Source: Lingula anatina
Taxonomy: Eukaryota; Animalia; Brachiopoda
Direction: 5' to 3'
Length of the DNA: 64,000 bases
Assembly (NCBI GenBank): GCA_051362555.1
Contig: CM120643.1
Coordinates: forward strand, 23,812,848-23,876,847
The first letter of the stretch is position 1, and each line of letters opens with the position of its first letter. The notes under the pieces are model-generated. The model was given only the letters and a program-made list of their open reading frames with translations, was not told the DNA's origin and did not search any database. Below, piece by piece: positions 1-12,100 of this stretch. A program made the translations under genes and the position numbers.

Positions 1-66
1 CACACTTAATTGTTTGATATATTATATAAATAAATAAATAAATAAATAAGAATGTTGATAACTCAC

Positions 67-181
67 AAATCTTGGCACTCGTAGTACCCTGTCTTGGCGT
101 CAATGCACTGACACTGAGAGTCACAGCCGTCCTGCCACAGCTTGCCTTGGTAGTACTTCGTGCCTTTGTAGACGCACACGT
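67..181 (-). CDS. Exon 23: second VWC-like domain, first part
   Basis: [35 protein letters not shown]; donor GTGAGT; the gene continues past the window edge. Confidence 0.88.
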
Positions 182-3100
182 CTGGAACATAGAATAAAAA
201 AATTATAAATATGTCTTCGGTGAAAGTCCGGTCGCGCCTCACGTGCTGACGATTACGTAATATGGAGAAATTAGATATTTCAGTAATTCGCTTTAACGTA
301 AAAAGGAAAAAAGTTTAATAGCGCTCATGTAAACCTAACCAGTACTAATGAGTTTATCAAAAATCTAGACTGAAGAGGTTTTAGGATGTGCATCACATTA
401 GCACTGATAGGTAGATGTTATCGTTATACATTTGTAGTGAGGGCTATTATAATTCTGACTGCGGTTTATGTATTCAAATGGGATAGCCTTATTATTAACC
501 TGAGAAGCTGTAACATACCAGGCCAAGGATAAATGACGTGAATAGTAACAATAACAAGCGGGGGTATAGCTCAGTGGTAGAGCATTCGACTGCAGATCGA
601 GAGGTCCCCGGTTCAAATCCGGGTGCCCCCTCCATTCTTTTTCTTCTTTCATTTAATTATTGTGGCTATCGTAATGTATTAGGCAGTACAAATGAATAAA
701 CACATATCCCCTAATCGAAATAATACATTTTTGTAGACGCAGAAGTCAAGAACAAAGAACAAAACAAAACAAAACAAAACAAAAAAAAAAATCCCCGATT
801 AAAGTAGGCCTACGGTTGCCGATTTCCAAAATCCATTATTTGCTGTTCGTTTTTTAGATATTCTCAATTACCGACAAAGGTCCCTTTGAGACAAGCACTT
901 TGAGACAGGCACTCGCTCCGACTTGTAGAAATTACTGGAAACTCGACCTTCTACTATCAACATAGCCCTGCCAGTAAGTTACTGAACGAAGAAAAATACA
1001 TGCTGATGGAAATGAAGACCTATGAAAATCTAAAAGTCGGGGTGCGAGGACTCCTAACAACCCTGAAACTCAGAGTGGTGTAAGGACTACAAGTTAAACT
1101 GTACACATACACAAGTATTTGGAACGTAACTATAACTCACCTATTCCGTTCAGGGTGCCGACTCCGGTCCCAGTGAACGTCCCAAAGGTGGTTCCCCAGT
1201 TACACACAGGCTGCATACAGCACTGGCCAGGTACTCGGGTCAGTGTACACTGGGACGGCAGGTTGGAGTAGATAGGACATCTGGAGAGGAGGGATGGGTA
1301 GTTTGAATGTGTTGGAACCTGCTGGATGGCATTTACGGGGAATTTAAATAATGTCATTTACCCACACAACGCCATTAAAATCAGAATGAAGTTATTTTTT
1401 CTTCTGTATATTGTCCTGTCATACATGAAACAATAAATGCCAACAATATCGCAAATTAAAATATGTTCAGAATCTCGTTTTATATACTTTTCAGGGGTTA
1501 AGAAAATGCCCATATTAGTTAATGTTAGTGGGGGAATACGCATCATTATATAAAATATAAAAACTTTCTAAATATTCATTTATTGCGGTCAAGAAATATT
1601 CCTGAATGATATATGCTTTGTTTGTCATACTTGTTGTAGCACTGGTACTTTGCGCCTGCGCCGTCTATACATTCACACTCGTATTCACAACCATCAGACC
1701 ACTTGTCTCCTTGGCTGTACGTCTGGCCCTTGTAGAAACACTTGCCGACTTAAGAAAAAAACATTATTTTAGGAAAAAGGCCGAATCTAATGCTTTTTTA
1801 CGAAATCTTTTGAAGTCGCAATGCATTTTGAATGTCCCATGGCTTCAACTCCAATTTTCATTTAAATGTTTTTCCTATAATTTATTACATACTTCCTCTC
1901 CTTTCTATTGTTTCACATTTAAACTGTACAATTCACCTGTTTAAGTAACAAGAAATAAGTATAATAATTATTATTCATGAAATGCAGTACTTACAATAGC
2001 CGCCCGTGATCGTATTGGTGGCTGAAATGAGAGGAATGATAAATCTTACACTTGGTTATAATCACATGGATGCTTTTTTTATATCAATATGAAATACTGA
2101 AATGAAATACTGTCCTTATTATACATTAGAATCTTATTCCACTGTTTTTCTAATTTAATTTGCAATAATTATTTAAACTCAGAATGGGCACACCCGAAAT
2201 TGTTGCTCTTACTGACACAATAAATGGGGCATCAGCTAAATTAACGGAAAACTGTTCAACAGTTTCGGGTGACTATTAGTCTAACCAAGAGATCCTGTCA
2301 AATGTATATAAAAGATACAACATACAATTAAATTAAATATCAAAAAACACTTACAGCAGAAACCACAGAAGCTCTTGCAGTTGGTCTTCATGAAGCCCTC
2401 GTACGTTTTACAGTCGTCGATGTTGTAGCCTCGGCAGTCCTGAGTGTCCTTGCACACCTCTGGGGCGGGGGTGACGGTCACTTGCGCTGTTAATATCATT
2501 TGAATCATACACACAGTAAATCAAATGTGACATATCCATAGACGTGGATGTCTCAGCATTTCAAGAAGGTAACTTGTGATTAAAACCCAAGCTATTTTAT
2601 ACTTTATGATTTGTCCTTAATCACATATTTGCTTATATTAATTATTTTGTGCACATTCAATCATCGTCCTGATTTTTCCCACTCACGTGTGCATATGCCG
2701 CAGTATCTCTGGCAGTTGCCATTGGCGAATTCTGGGTAGTTGGTGCACATGGATTTACCGTACGACTCGCAGTCTATGACATCTCTGCAAGGATCCGGTC
2801 CTGCGGTTGGAACTATCAGACGAGATAAACAGCATAATGGTATAAAAATTCGAACTGTTACGATTCAATTTCTCTGGGAATATCATGTGTATTGTCCATT
2901 TACATGAAATTTTACCAAAGGCCGCAAAAACATGCACAATCGATGTACAGTTTCTCTCTCTATGCTCAAAGCAAAGGCGTTAACTAAATGGCACACGGAT
3001 AGTTTTACAAGCTTCATTCAACTAGAACTCAGCCAATGTTTGCATAACGCTCACAATTACTCATTATTTAAAACGTAAAGCGCAAAATGAAATTCGGATA

Positions 3101-6100
3101 ACTGTATATTGTGTTCTGTATGAAGCACCGTGTCATTATACACCGTATTCATATCATATATAATTAGGAAAAAAACAACAAAAAATTATTAGCACAACCC
3201 TGCACTATGGAAACAAATACAGTGTGTCTATACTTTTACTTTACAAACCTGTAGGTGGCACTATCGTTCCAGTAGGAATTACTGCAAAAGAAACATAGAA
3301 AACATCCACATTAAGCATTTAAAATGCATACACTGACAAGCATTTTTTTTCTCTTTAAATAATTTGTTTGCAGGACGACTGCCATTCATTACACCAAAAG
3401 AAGTAAGATATGAGGTTTGCGAAAACGTGAAGTTTACTATAATTGAAAGAGGAATATCAGCATTAAACAGATGATTTTATAGTCCCTACCTTTGCAAGTC
3501 TGTACCGTAAGCTGGCTCTTAATGGATTTCAAAGCATCGAAGTTGCCAACAGTGAACACGTAATCCTTGTCAGGATCGTTACCAATATCCTTTAACTCGT
3601 TCTGGTCGACGCCGCTTCCAACACCGATAGCAAACACCTCTATTCCAGCCTTTCTTGCAGCGTCAGCAGCATCTTTGGAGAACTTACGCCCGTTGTTGGA
3701 TTTTCCGTCGGTAATGACTGAAAGTTGATAAAATATCAACGCATGTAATATGATCTGCCCCTGAAACTTTTGAACTTGCGTCCGGCGGTGAGCGCTTGGA
3801 GAATATAATAGGAGAAGGGGTACATAAAAATACCATTTTGCTATTTTTCAATGGAAATTTAATGCTTTAAAGGGAACCAATATTTTATATGACATATTTT
3901 AACTCTTTATCAGCTCTCACCTATTCCAATATTCTGAACATTTGGTCTATCTCCGTTGGCGGGCTTGAAAGCCAAGTCTGTCATCATCTTTATACCCTCA
4001 GAGGTGATGGTGCCGCCTCGGGTATACTTAATACCGTCCACTGCGTTCGCCAGGGCTTTCTTGTCGTAGTACTTATTCAGATGGAACTCGCTGTATGGAC
4101 GACTGTGGAATTTGACAACGCCAACACGCACGCTGTTGGCGCCAATGTCAAGATCGTTGACAATGTCCTTGACAAAGTCCTTGACCTTCTCGAAGTTCGC
4201 GGCCCCGACACTGCCCGAGGAATCGAGAACAAATACGATGTCTGCAAGGCTACCACAATCTGTAATGATTCGATAATTTGTTTCATTCTCAGTAACTTAT
4301 GAATGTTCTTGGAGTCTATTCTTGCTAACGTAAGCAGATATTTTGCAATTAGTATTATATGGAAAACGTTGCTCATTACAATTAATGCAAACTATGAAGC
4401 AAGCTTATTGCAACTGACAGGCTGCAGTGTTCCTACAAAACCACGATGTGTTTAAATTACTTACTTGAGGGGGTTGTTGGCGTCACAGCAACCGCGGTGG
4501 GGGCAACTGAAAAAATAACATCAAAATGATGTTGATTTACTGCAAATTAAAAATACAATATAGTTTTTAAAACATGCAGTTATTGACAATTGCCTCAGTC
4601 TTCGGTGTAACTAACTGTTGGCAAGCAGCACTTATTTTGAATAACAAATATTTGTAATTATTTCATTCCATATAAAAACAAAAGCTGCCTTGCTGTAAAG
4701 TGTCATAAAATCAGTTATTACACAGCTAATGCTTCTTTACAATAAACATTTACCAGCGCACGTCTTCTGGGTGAACAAATTCCCCATATTCTTCAGGGCG
4801 TCAAAGTTCTGCACGGAGAACGCGTGCTGGCTGTCCGGGTCGGACGCAATAGCGTTCAGTTCTGACTGTCTCACACCGCTGCCTATACCAACCGCCATCA
4901 TAGTGATCTTGGCAGCCCTGGCGGCGGCGGACTCCGAGGCGGTGGTTGCGGGTCTGTAGGACTGACCATCGGTCATCACAACACCAATGTTGACCACATT
5001 AGGGCGGTCTCCCTTGGCTGAAGATAAATCAGTTATATTTGGATGATAAGACCTATCGGTATAACCAAGTGCGTGCATTCACGAAATTGAATACTGCAAG
5101 TTAATTAATTCCTTCGGTCATTATAACACCAATGTCAACCACATAAGGTCGGTTTCCCCTTGGCTGGAAATTCACAAAATGAATCGTTAATATTGGTATA
5201 ATTAGCAATATCGGTTTGATAATTCACGAATTTGTATACTATGATTTATTTAATTAGCTACATATTCATATACTGTTTATTTGATGTTTTCAACGGCTAT
5301 AATGTGGGGTTGGCAGCATTCTCCCACCGTACTCTTTTAGCATACCCCCTAGCCAGCGTGTCCTCTAATGAATGGCCTTCTCGGCTGGGCCTTTATTGTC
5401 GCTCGCAGTAGAATATAGTCAAGCCGAGCTGGAACCCAATCAGCGACTTTCGTTGGCTCCACAGATGATTACTTTGAAATTGATGCAAGGCTTAAACAAT
5501 GAGACAATACACTCCCTATATGACAGATTTATTAAAATATGACACCAGATCCGATCGTGCCATTAACGTTTTTTTAATTAAAAAAAAAAACTTTAGTACC
5601 GACCTGCAGTAAAGGCATTTTCCCGCAAGTACTTGATGGCTTTGTGTGTTTCAGTTCCACCCGGGGTGTACTTAATGGCGTCTATAGCTCGGAGCAAGGC
5701 TGCCTTGTCGGTGTATTTATTAAGAGGGAACTCCTCAAAGACTGAGGTATGGAAGCGAAGGACGCCGACTCTGATCTTGTCAGGAGCGATATCAAACTGG
5801 CTAACAACGTCATGGACGAAGGCGAGCTGTTTCTTGAAGTTTGCAGCCCCGACACTTCCGGATGAGTCCAAAACGAAGATGATGTCGGCCTGGGCTCCAC
5901 AAGCACCTGGTAGAGCGGGAAGATTAGATACCTTTGTGGTGTGATCGTAAGCATGCACGCATGAAGACATGCAAGACGATTGGATGCAAAAGCTTCTTTA
6001 ATGCACAATGAATTTAATGCCGACGTCATCAATCTATGTTTATCCAAAACTAAATATGTAAGGCAATGCATTAGAAAATAATATAGGCCTATTCATAATT

Positions 6101-9100
6101 TTGATATGTTCACAAGAAAAGTTATTAATAATTAAAGAAAATATCATTAAAAGCACTCACTTGGGGCAAAGGTTGGTGGAACAGTCACGATTTGAGTTGT
6201 GGTAGGAGGGGCGGGAGTAGTGGTCACTGAAACGAACCCAAAATACCGTATAAACCATCCTTCAGACCAGCAATTTATCTAAGTGAAAGTGTTTACATTG
6301 ATTTTAAGGCAGTTGTATAATTAATCAATAAGTAAAAAAAAACACTTTGATATAATTTGCTATGACTTTAAAGCTGGATAATGACTGACCAAATATATTT
6401 GTGATTACAATCAAAATCTTCCTTTAGAACATAAAAATGATAGTAAAGGACAACGTATGAGCCCCCATGCATAATGCCACATTGAAATTATATCGTACAA
6501 AAGAGCTAGACCAAATGACCAATGTCAGGCCTAGGATGATTTTCATAATGTGTTACCTGCGCAGGCTTTAGCCGCAAGCTGCACCTGCAGAGCCTGAAGT
6601 CCGTCAAATCCGGCCACCTTGATGACGTAGTCACTGTCCGGATCACTGGCGATGGCATTCAACTCTGACGTTTGAATATTCGGACCAATACCAATCGCGA
6701 ACACAGTCACCCCGGCCTTAATAAGAGCCTTGGCCTCATTGGCTGTCGCTGCTGCATTGCCACTGCGTCCATCTGTCATTACTATGGCGATGTGGGGAAC
6801 ACCAGGGCGAACGTGAGCGGTGGCAAAGCTCTGCTCGCGGGCAAGCTTCAGGGCAAGAGCGGTGTTGGTTCCGCCCTTGGTGTAAGAGATCTTCGAGACG
6901 GCGTTGACGACATCGGTCTCCGTGTTGTATCTGTCCATGTGGAACTCCTGGATAGCGTTACTGGAGAATTTGACTACGCCGATCCGCACGTGTTGTGGTC
7001 CTACTTCCCATTCACTGGCCACCTGCTTTATGAAATCCTTCATCTTCTCAAAGTTGGCTGCCTGCACGCTGCCAGAGGCGTCAATTACGAAGGTAATGTC
7101 CGCCTCAAATCCGCATGCTGTTTGATTAAAAGAAATTTTCACCAACTGCAGTACAGAACAAGGATGTTTTGTCTTTTGTAATTACTTGGACTATTTTTGT
7201 TGTAACTCATTTAAACATTACTGACCTATAGAAAAGAGGACTTTGTACATGGAGGACTTTCCATTTTCTGATATTCTTGGATGTACAGACTTGACATTTA
7301 ATATGGAATATTTCAGTTTCGAAGGTATACCTAGGTAAAAATACGTTCTTTTTTTCAAAAAACTCCGATCTCATATAAGATTTGTGAATGTAAAAGTGTG
7401 CAATCAGGTGTGTCACTACCAATTAACTGACTTTCATGCCTGTTGCGCTGCTACATTATGTAATTTGCAGTGATTTAATTGGGTAGTGTTCCTTTGGGCT
7501 GATCAAAGCTTGGCTTAGGCAAAGCTTGGTTCTGTCAAAAAAATATCCATATTTCGGCAACTACTGCATAGAAGAATTTGAAATTTTGCATGCAAGCGGT
7601 CAGTTTTGCAGTGCGTAAAATGAGCCAAGTAGTGCATTACAAATTTGTTAATCTAAGGCAGAATGGCGCGAAAAAGACAAACATAACCAGACAGATCATA
7701 GCGCCAAACGGAACGGCCCCCACAGTTTTATAGAGTAATGCCCAGACTGATGTACCTGCACAGAGGTGACCCCCAATGTATCAAAATTTTACCTACAGGG
7801 TACAGGACCCACTGTCTTTCGGTATACGCTGCTGCAACTCAACAAAAAACACTTAGTCCGTTCAGAACGAGGGGTAAATTGCCACTAAAATGCATTTTTC
7901 AAAGCCCTTAGCGAACACTAAACTGGTTTTAGCAGGTAAGAACACCAAATGACCTCCGAGGTACCCACTGTATACAGCAAAACATCGTCGTCTGTTTCTC
8001 TAATGAATTGGGGGCCATGAACGATTCTGGGTAGAACACTGAAACTGCGTGGTTTTCTTTATTGAGGTCAGATTTCACCTGTACCGCCCAATTAGTCAAA
8101 ACAGAGTTTACAGATATTCAGAAGAGGCCTACGACGAAGCATATGCCGGGTCTAAAGTGACAAGGGTGATTGACAGCGTCAGTATTTGGAGTAGATTCCA
8201 CATTGGTGCCAAAACACCAACGGTAGTCATCGACGAAAACCTGAACCAGATCAAATAAAGGAATAATCTCGGAACCACTTGACTATCATTTGATAGGGGG
8301 CACCTTAGGAACAATTCTAGGTTGCACGATGAGGTTGCAGGTTCACACAGAGCACTTTTAATAGCAGATAACTTACAGAACCAAGGGAATGAGCAGCTAC
8401 CCTGGTCATCAAAATCGCCACATTTGAACCACATAGACAATATTTCGGTAGACCATTACTCACCAATCAACTGCCTACATGTCCTACAACAAAACTGGAC
8501 CAGATTGGACAATTTTAGACCGATGCCTGGAATGCTATTCCAGATTGACCTCTTAAAACCTACCCCCAAGAAATGCCTTGCCGCTTGAGAGCGCTGGCAA
8601 CAGCCACGAAGAGGCCAGGCGTAACAACGACCATTACTGTGACTAGCAACTGACATGAGGGTCTTTTGTGGAGCGTATTACCCTTTTTACAGACGATAAT
8701 TTGGAAAATATGGAGATCTAAAATATCTCTTTTAATGGGAGTCGTATGACATGGAATAGGCAACGTGTTTTTGTTTGCTTCTCTGGCGAATTCCATTAAT
8801 GAACTGATGTCACAATGACATCAAAGAGATAATTTAAAGTTATTAAAACACGATTTTAATCCTTATTTTCATTTATCAGTCAGCAAAATAGGAAAAAACT
8901 GATAAAAAATTATTTCGAAAAAAATATTCCATATTAAATGTCAAGTCTGTATTTTCGAATCATTGGATTTGACTTGCATATTCGCCTTGTTATAATTTAA
9001 TTATTATATCAATAAAAGTAAAATAAAAAGTTAACAAGAATTAAAAGAATGAGGTTAAATAAGATAAAAGATAAGACAATATTTTTTCAATTAAAAGATC

Positions 9101-12100
9101 AATTTGGGTAAACTACAAGGGGCCTTGTACGTCTACTTACTCTTGCATTTCTGGGTGTTACAAACTCTCGTCTCTCTGGCAGCGCCCACACAGTTGTTTC
9201 CACCGTGGAGAGGGGCCGGGTTATTGCATGCTCTGTCTCTATACTGGGTACCTCCTCCGCACGACTTGCTGCACGTGCTCCACGCGCCGTACGCGCTCCA
9301 TTTGCCGTGTACTGAGAGCAGAATAGACAATTTTGAACACATTTATTTGATATACATTAAACTCGCATAAATGTTCTTGCACAAAATTTTTATAAAGTTT
9401 TAAAGTTGAAGGAATAATGTATCTTCAGCAGTTTATTTGAACACATTTATTTCTTTTCCCTGTTTTTTTTTAAATCTTACACAAAGTAAAAATAAATAAA
9501 GGATAGAATGAAAAAGATAAAATTATGAAGAAATAAAAGTTAACTTATCTACCTGGACATGGTGCAGTGGCGCAATCTTTGGTCTCCCTTGCGGCTCCGA
9601 CACAGTTTTTGCCTCCATTTTTCGGTGCTGGATTGTTGCACTGGCGTTCTCTAAATATCTTACCTCCACCACAAGTCACAGGGCACTTACTCCAGGCACC
9701 AAATGCCGACCACTTCCCATCAACTTTTGAAGAGTGAGAGAATTTTTTATATAAAGATATGCACTTTATTTACATTATTCATGTTTGATGTTTGAAGCTA
9801 TATGCAATATGTTAATCAAGTAATCATTTACAAGACTTACTGGCCTGCTTTAACACACATTATACTCCTCCCGAATTGAACGAGACTAAAACTTTTCTAT
9901 TTAAATCAGGGCACTCTCGTGACACCCAGTAAAAGCCCGCTGGGGAAATTTCGCCCAATCCTACTCCCCTCCTCACCTGCACACGAGGCTGACGCCTTAC
10001 AGACTTTGGTCTGTCTGTCAGAACCCGTGCAGTATTTTCCACCGAAGGCTGGGGCGGGATTGGTACATGTTCTCTCCTGGAATTGTGTTCCTGAACCACA
10101 CGTCACGGAGCACTGGCTCCAGCTGCCGTAACCAGACCATCCACCATCGACTAGAGACATACATATTAAGATTTCCATTTAAAAGTCATTACAGTAAACA
10201 GTACCTCTATTTATTTATTAATATATTAAAGTAACACTGGAAAACATATCTAACAGTCGATTCACAGAGCTATAACACTTATTGCTTTATTTACTTAAAT
10301 TTTGATTATCAACAACTATACGCAAATAGGGCGCAAAGTTTTGAAGTAAATTAATGATTGTGATAATAGCATAACAAAGTTCTGCTTAATGTTCTGCTTA
10401 AATGTTCATTTTTGGTCTCTGCTGCCTAAAGATACGTACTTGGAGGTGGCTTTGGAACTTGAAAGAAAAGTAAAAAAAAAAAAAAAAAGAATAATTAATT
10501 CACATAGCAGTCTTAATATCGTCAAACACACGTTTAACGGAATTAACATCAAATTTCAGAAAACATTGCAATCTTCTCATAATAATTACTTTAATACACA
10601 TTAATGAAATATAAACTATACGTAACTCGAAACTATCTGATTGTTGGCTAAAGAAAATTTGTTTTAGACACATTTAACACGTTAGCAAGTAAAGCAGCGA
10701 AGGACTTAAAATAACTGCAGGTATTCTCATGAAACAACAATACCTTCACAAGTTTTCTTCTTCAGAATCGCCTTAATATTGTCCAGAACAGCAAAGTTAT
10801 TGACAACAAACACGAAGTCCTTGTCCGGGTCACTGCCAATGCCGTTCAGTTCAGCCTGGCCAATACCACTTCCGATGCCAATGGCGAACATAGAGATGCC
10901 CTTTGCGCGGGCAGCAGCTGCGGCTTGCAGAGTCGCTGTTTTATCGTTGGACGAACCGTCTGTCATAACAATTCCGATTTTGACGGCGTTTTTCCTTGCG
11001 CCGTTGGCCGCTGTGAACATCGTGTTTGTCATATAGTTGATGCCTTTAGCCGTGTCGGTACCCCCACTTGTATACTTAATGGCAGCTGAAGAGAGGGAAA
11101 TGCGATAATTGGATATTCTACGTAGCATTACGCCATTAAATTTGTTTGCAGTGTTACGTCATCACATTTGTCATATGTCTGACGTCACTAAATACAACCT
11201 TGTTTGCCCTAAGATACACTACTCAGGCTTGGACAGATAGCTTCTGCAGTCTGTACATCTGTATCATAGCTTATTATCCTTTTCTTTTTTATTCTGATCC
11301 AAAGTACACACACTGGGCAATGGAAGTGTCACCCCTGAATCAGAGTAATCAAGTTATTAACCTGAAGAGGCGGAATATAAGCAATATCAGAATAACGATA
11401 CAGTTGAATTGTTCAGTCAGAACCGTTTCTTTTGTGAAATTTGATGTTAATAAAATGATACCAGGAGCATATCATTCCACAGTCATTTATCTCCCCCAAA
11501 GTGTTGGTTCAGTAGCGGTGACACTTCTATTGTCCAGTGTGTGTACAAGACATGGCAATGTGTAGCAAAGAAAAAAAAAAACAAACCTGTTTTGGCATTT
11601 TTCGAACAAAACTTTTCATTGTGATCAAGTACTAATAATTCCTTTAATAAACTTTTAACTGAAATAAGTGATTGTCTATTTTCTCAATGATAGATAATCC
11701 TCGTTACTTACAGATGGCAGGGTCTAATGTCGTCTTGGACTTGTGAGTATTCAGTTGAAAGTTTGGAACCACATTTGTGGCGTAGGTCACCACTCCGACC
11801 TGCGTTTGCGTGGGTCCAATGTCAAAGCTGGATGTAAATTTCTTGATGAAAGCCAGCATGGTTTGGAAGTTGGCTGCTCCGACGCTACCGGATGCGTCGA
11901 GAACGAACACGACATCCGCCGGATTTCCACCACAACCTTTAAAAAAAATCCATGTTGATAACCCATTTATTCCTCCTTGAATAAATAATTTCGACATCAA
12001 TGGCTATTTAAATTATATACATTCAGGGTTGTAGAAGGATATAACAAGATATTATCCTCAGAATATTGAAAGAAAAACATAAAAGATAAAATAATTACTC

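Noticed and set aside
215-275. Hammerhead-like GAAA and CTGACGA motifs
   Set aside because: Stems I-III cannot be formed around the core.
398-652. 84-aa minus-strand ORF
   Set aside because: It is the antisense reading of the tRNA-Cys gene plus intron sequence.
3889-7181. Plus-strand ORFs (3889-4302, 4729-4959, 5633-5944, 6672-7181)
   Set aside because: Antisense shadows of VWA exons with no independent domain signal.
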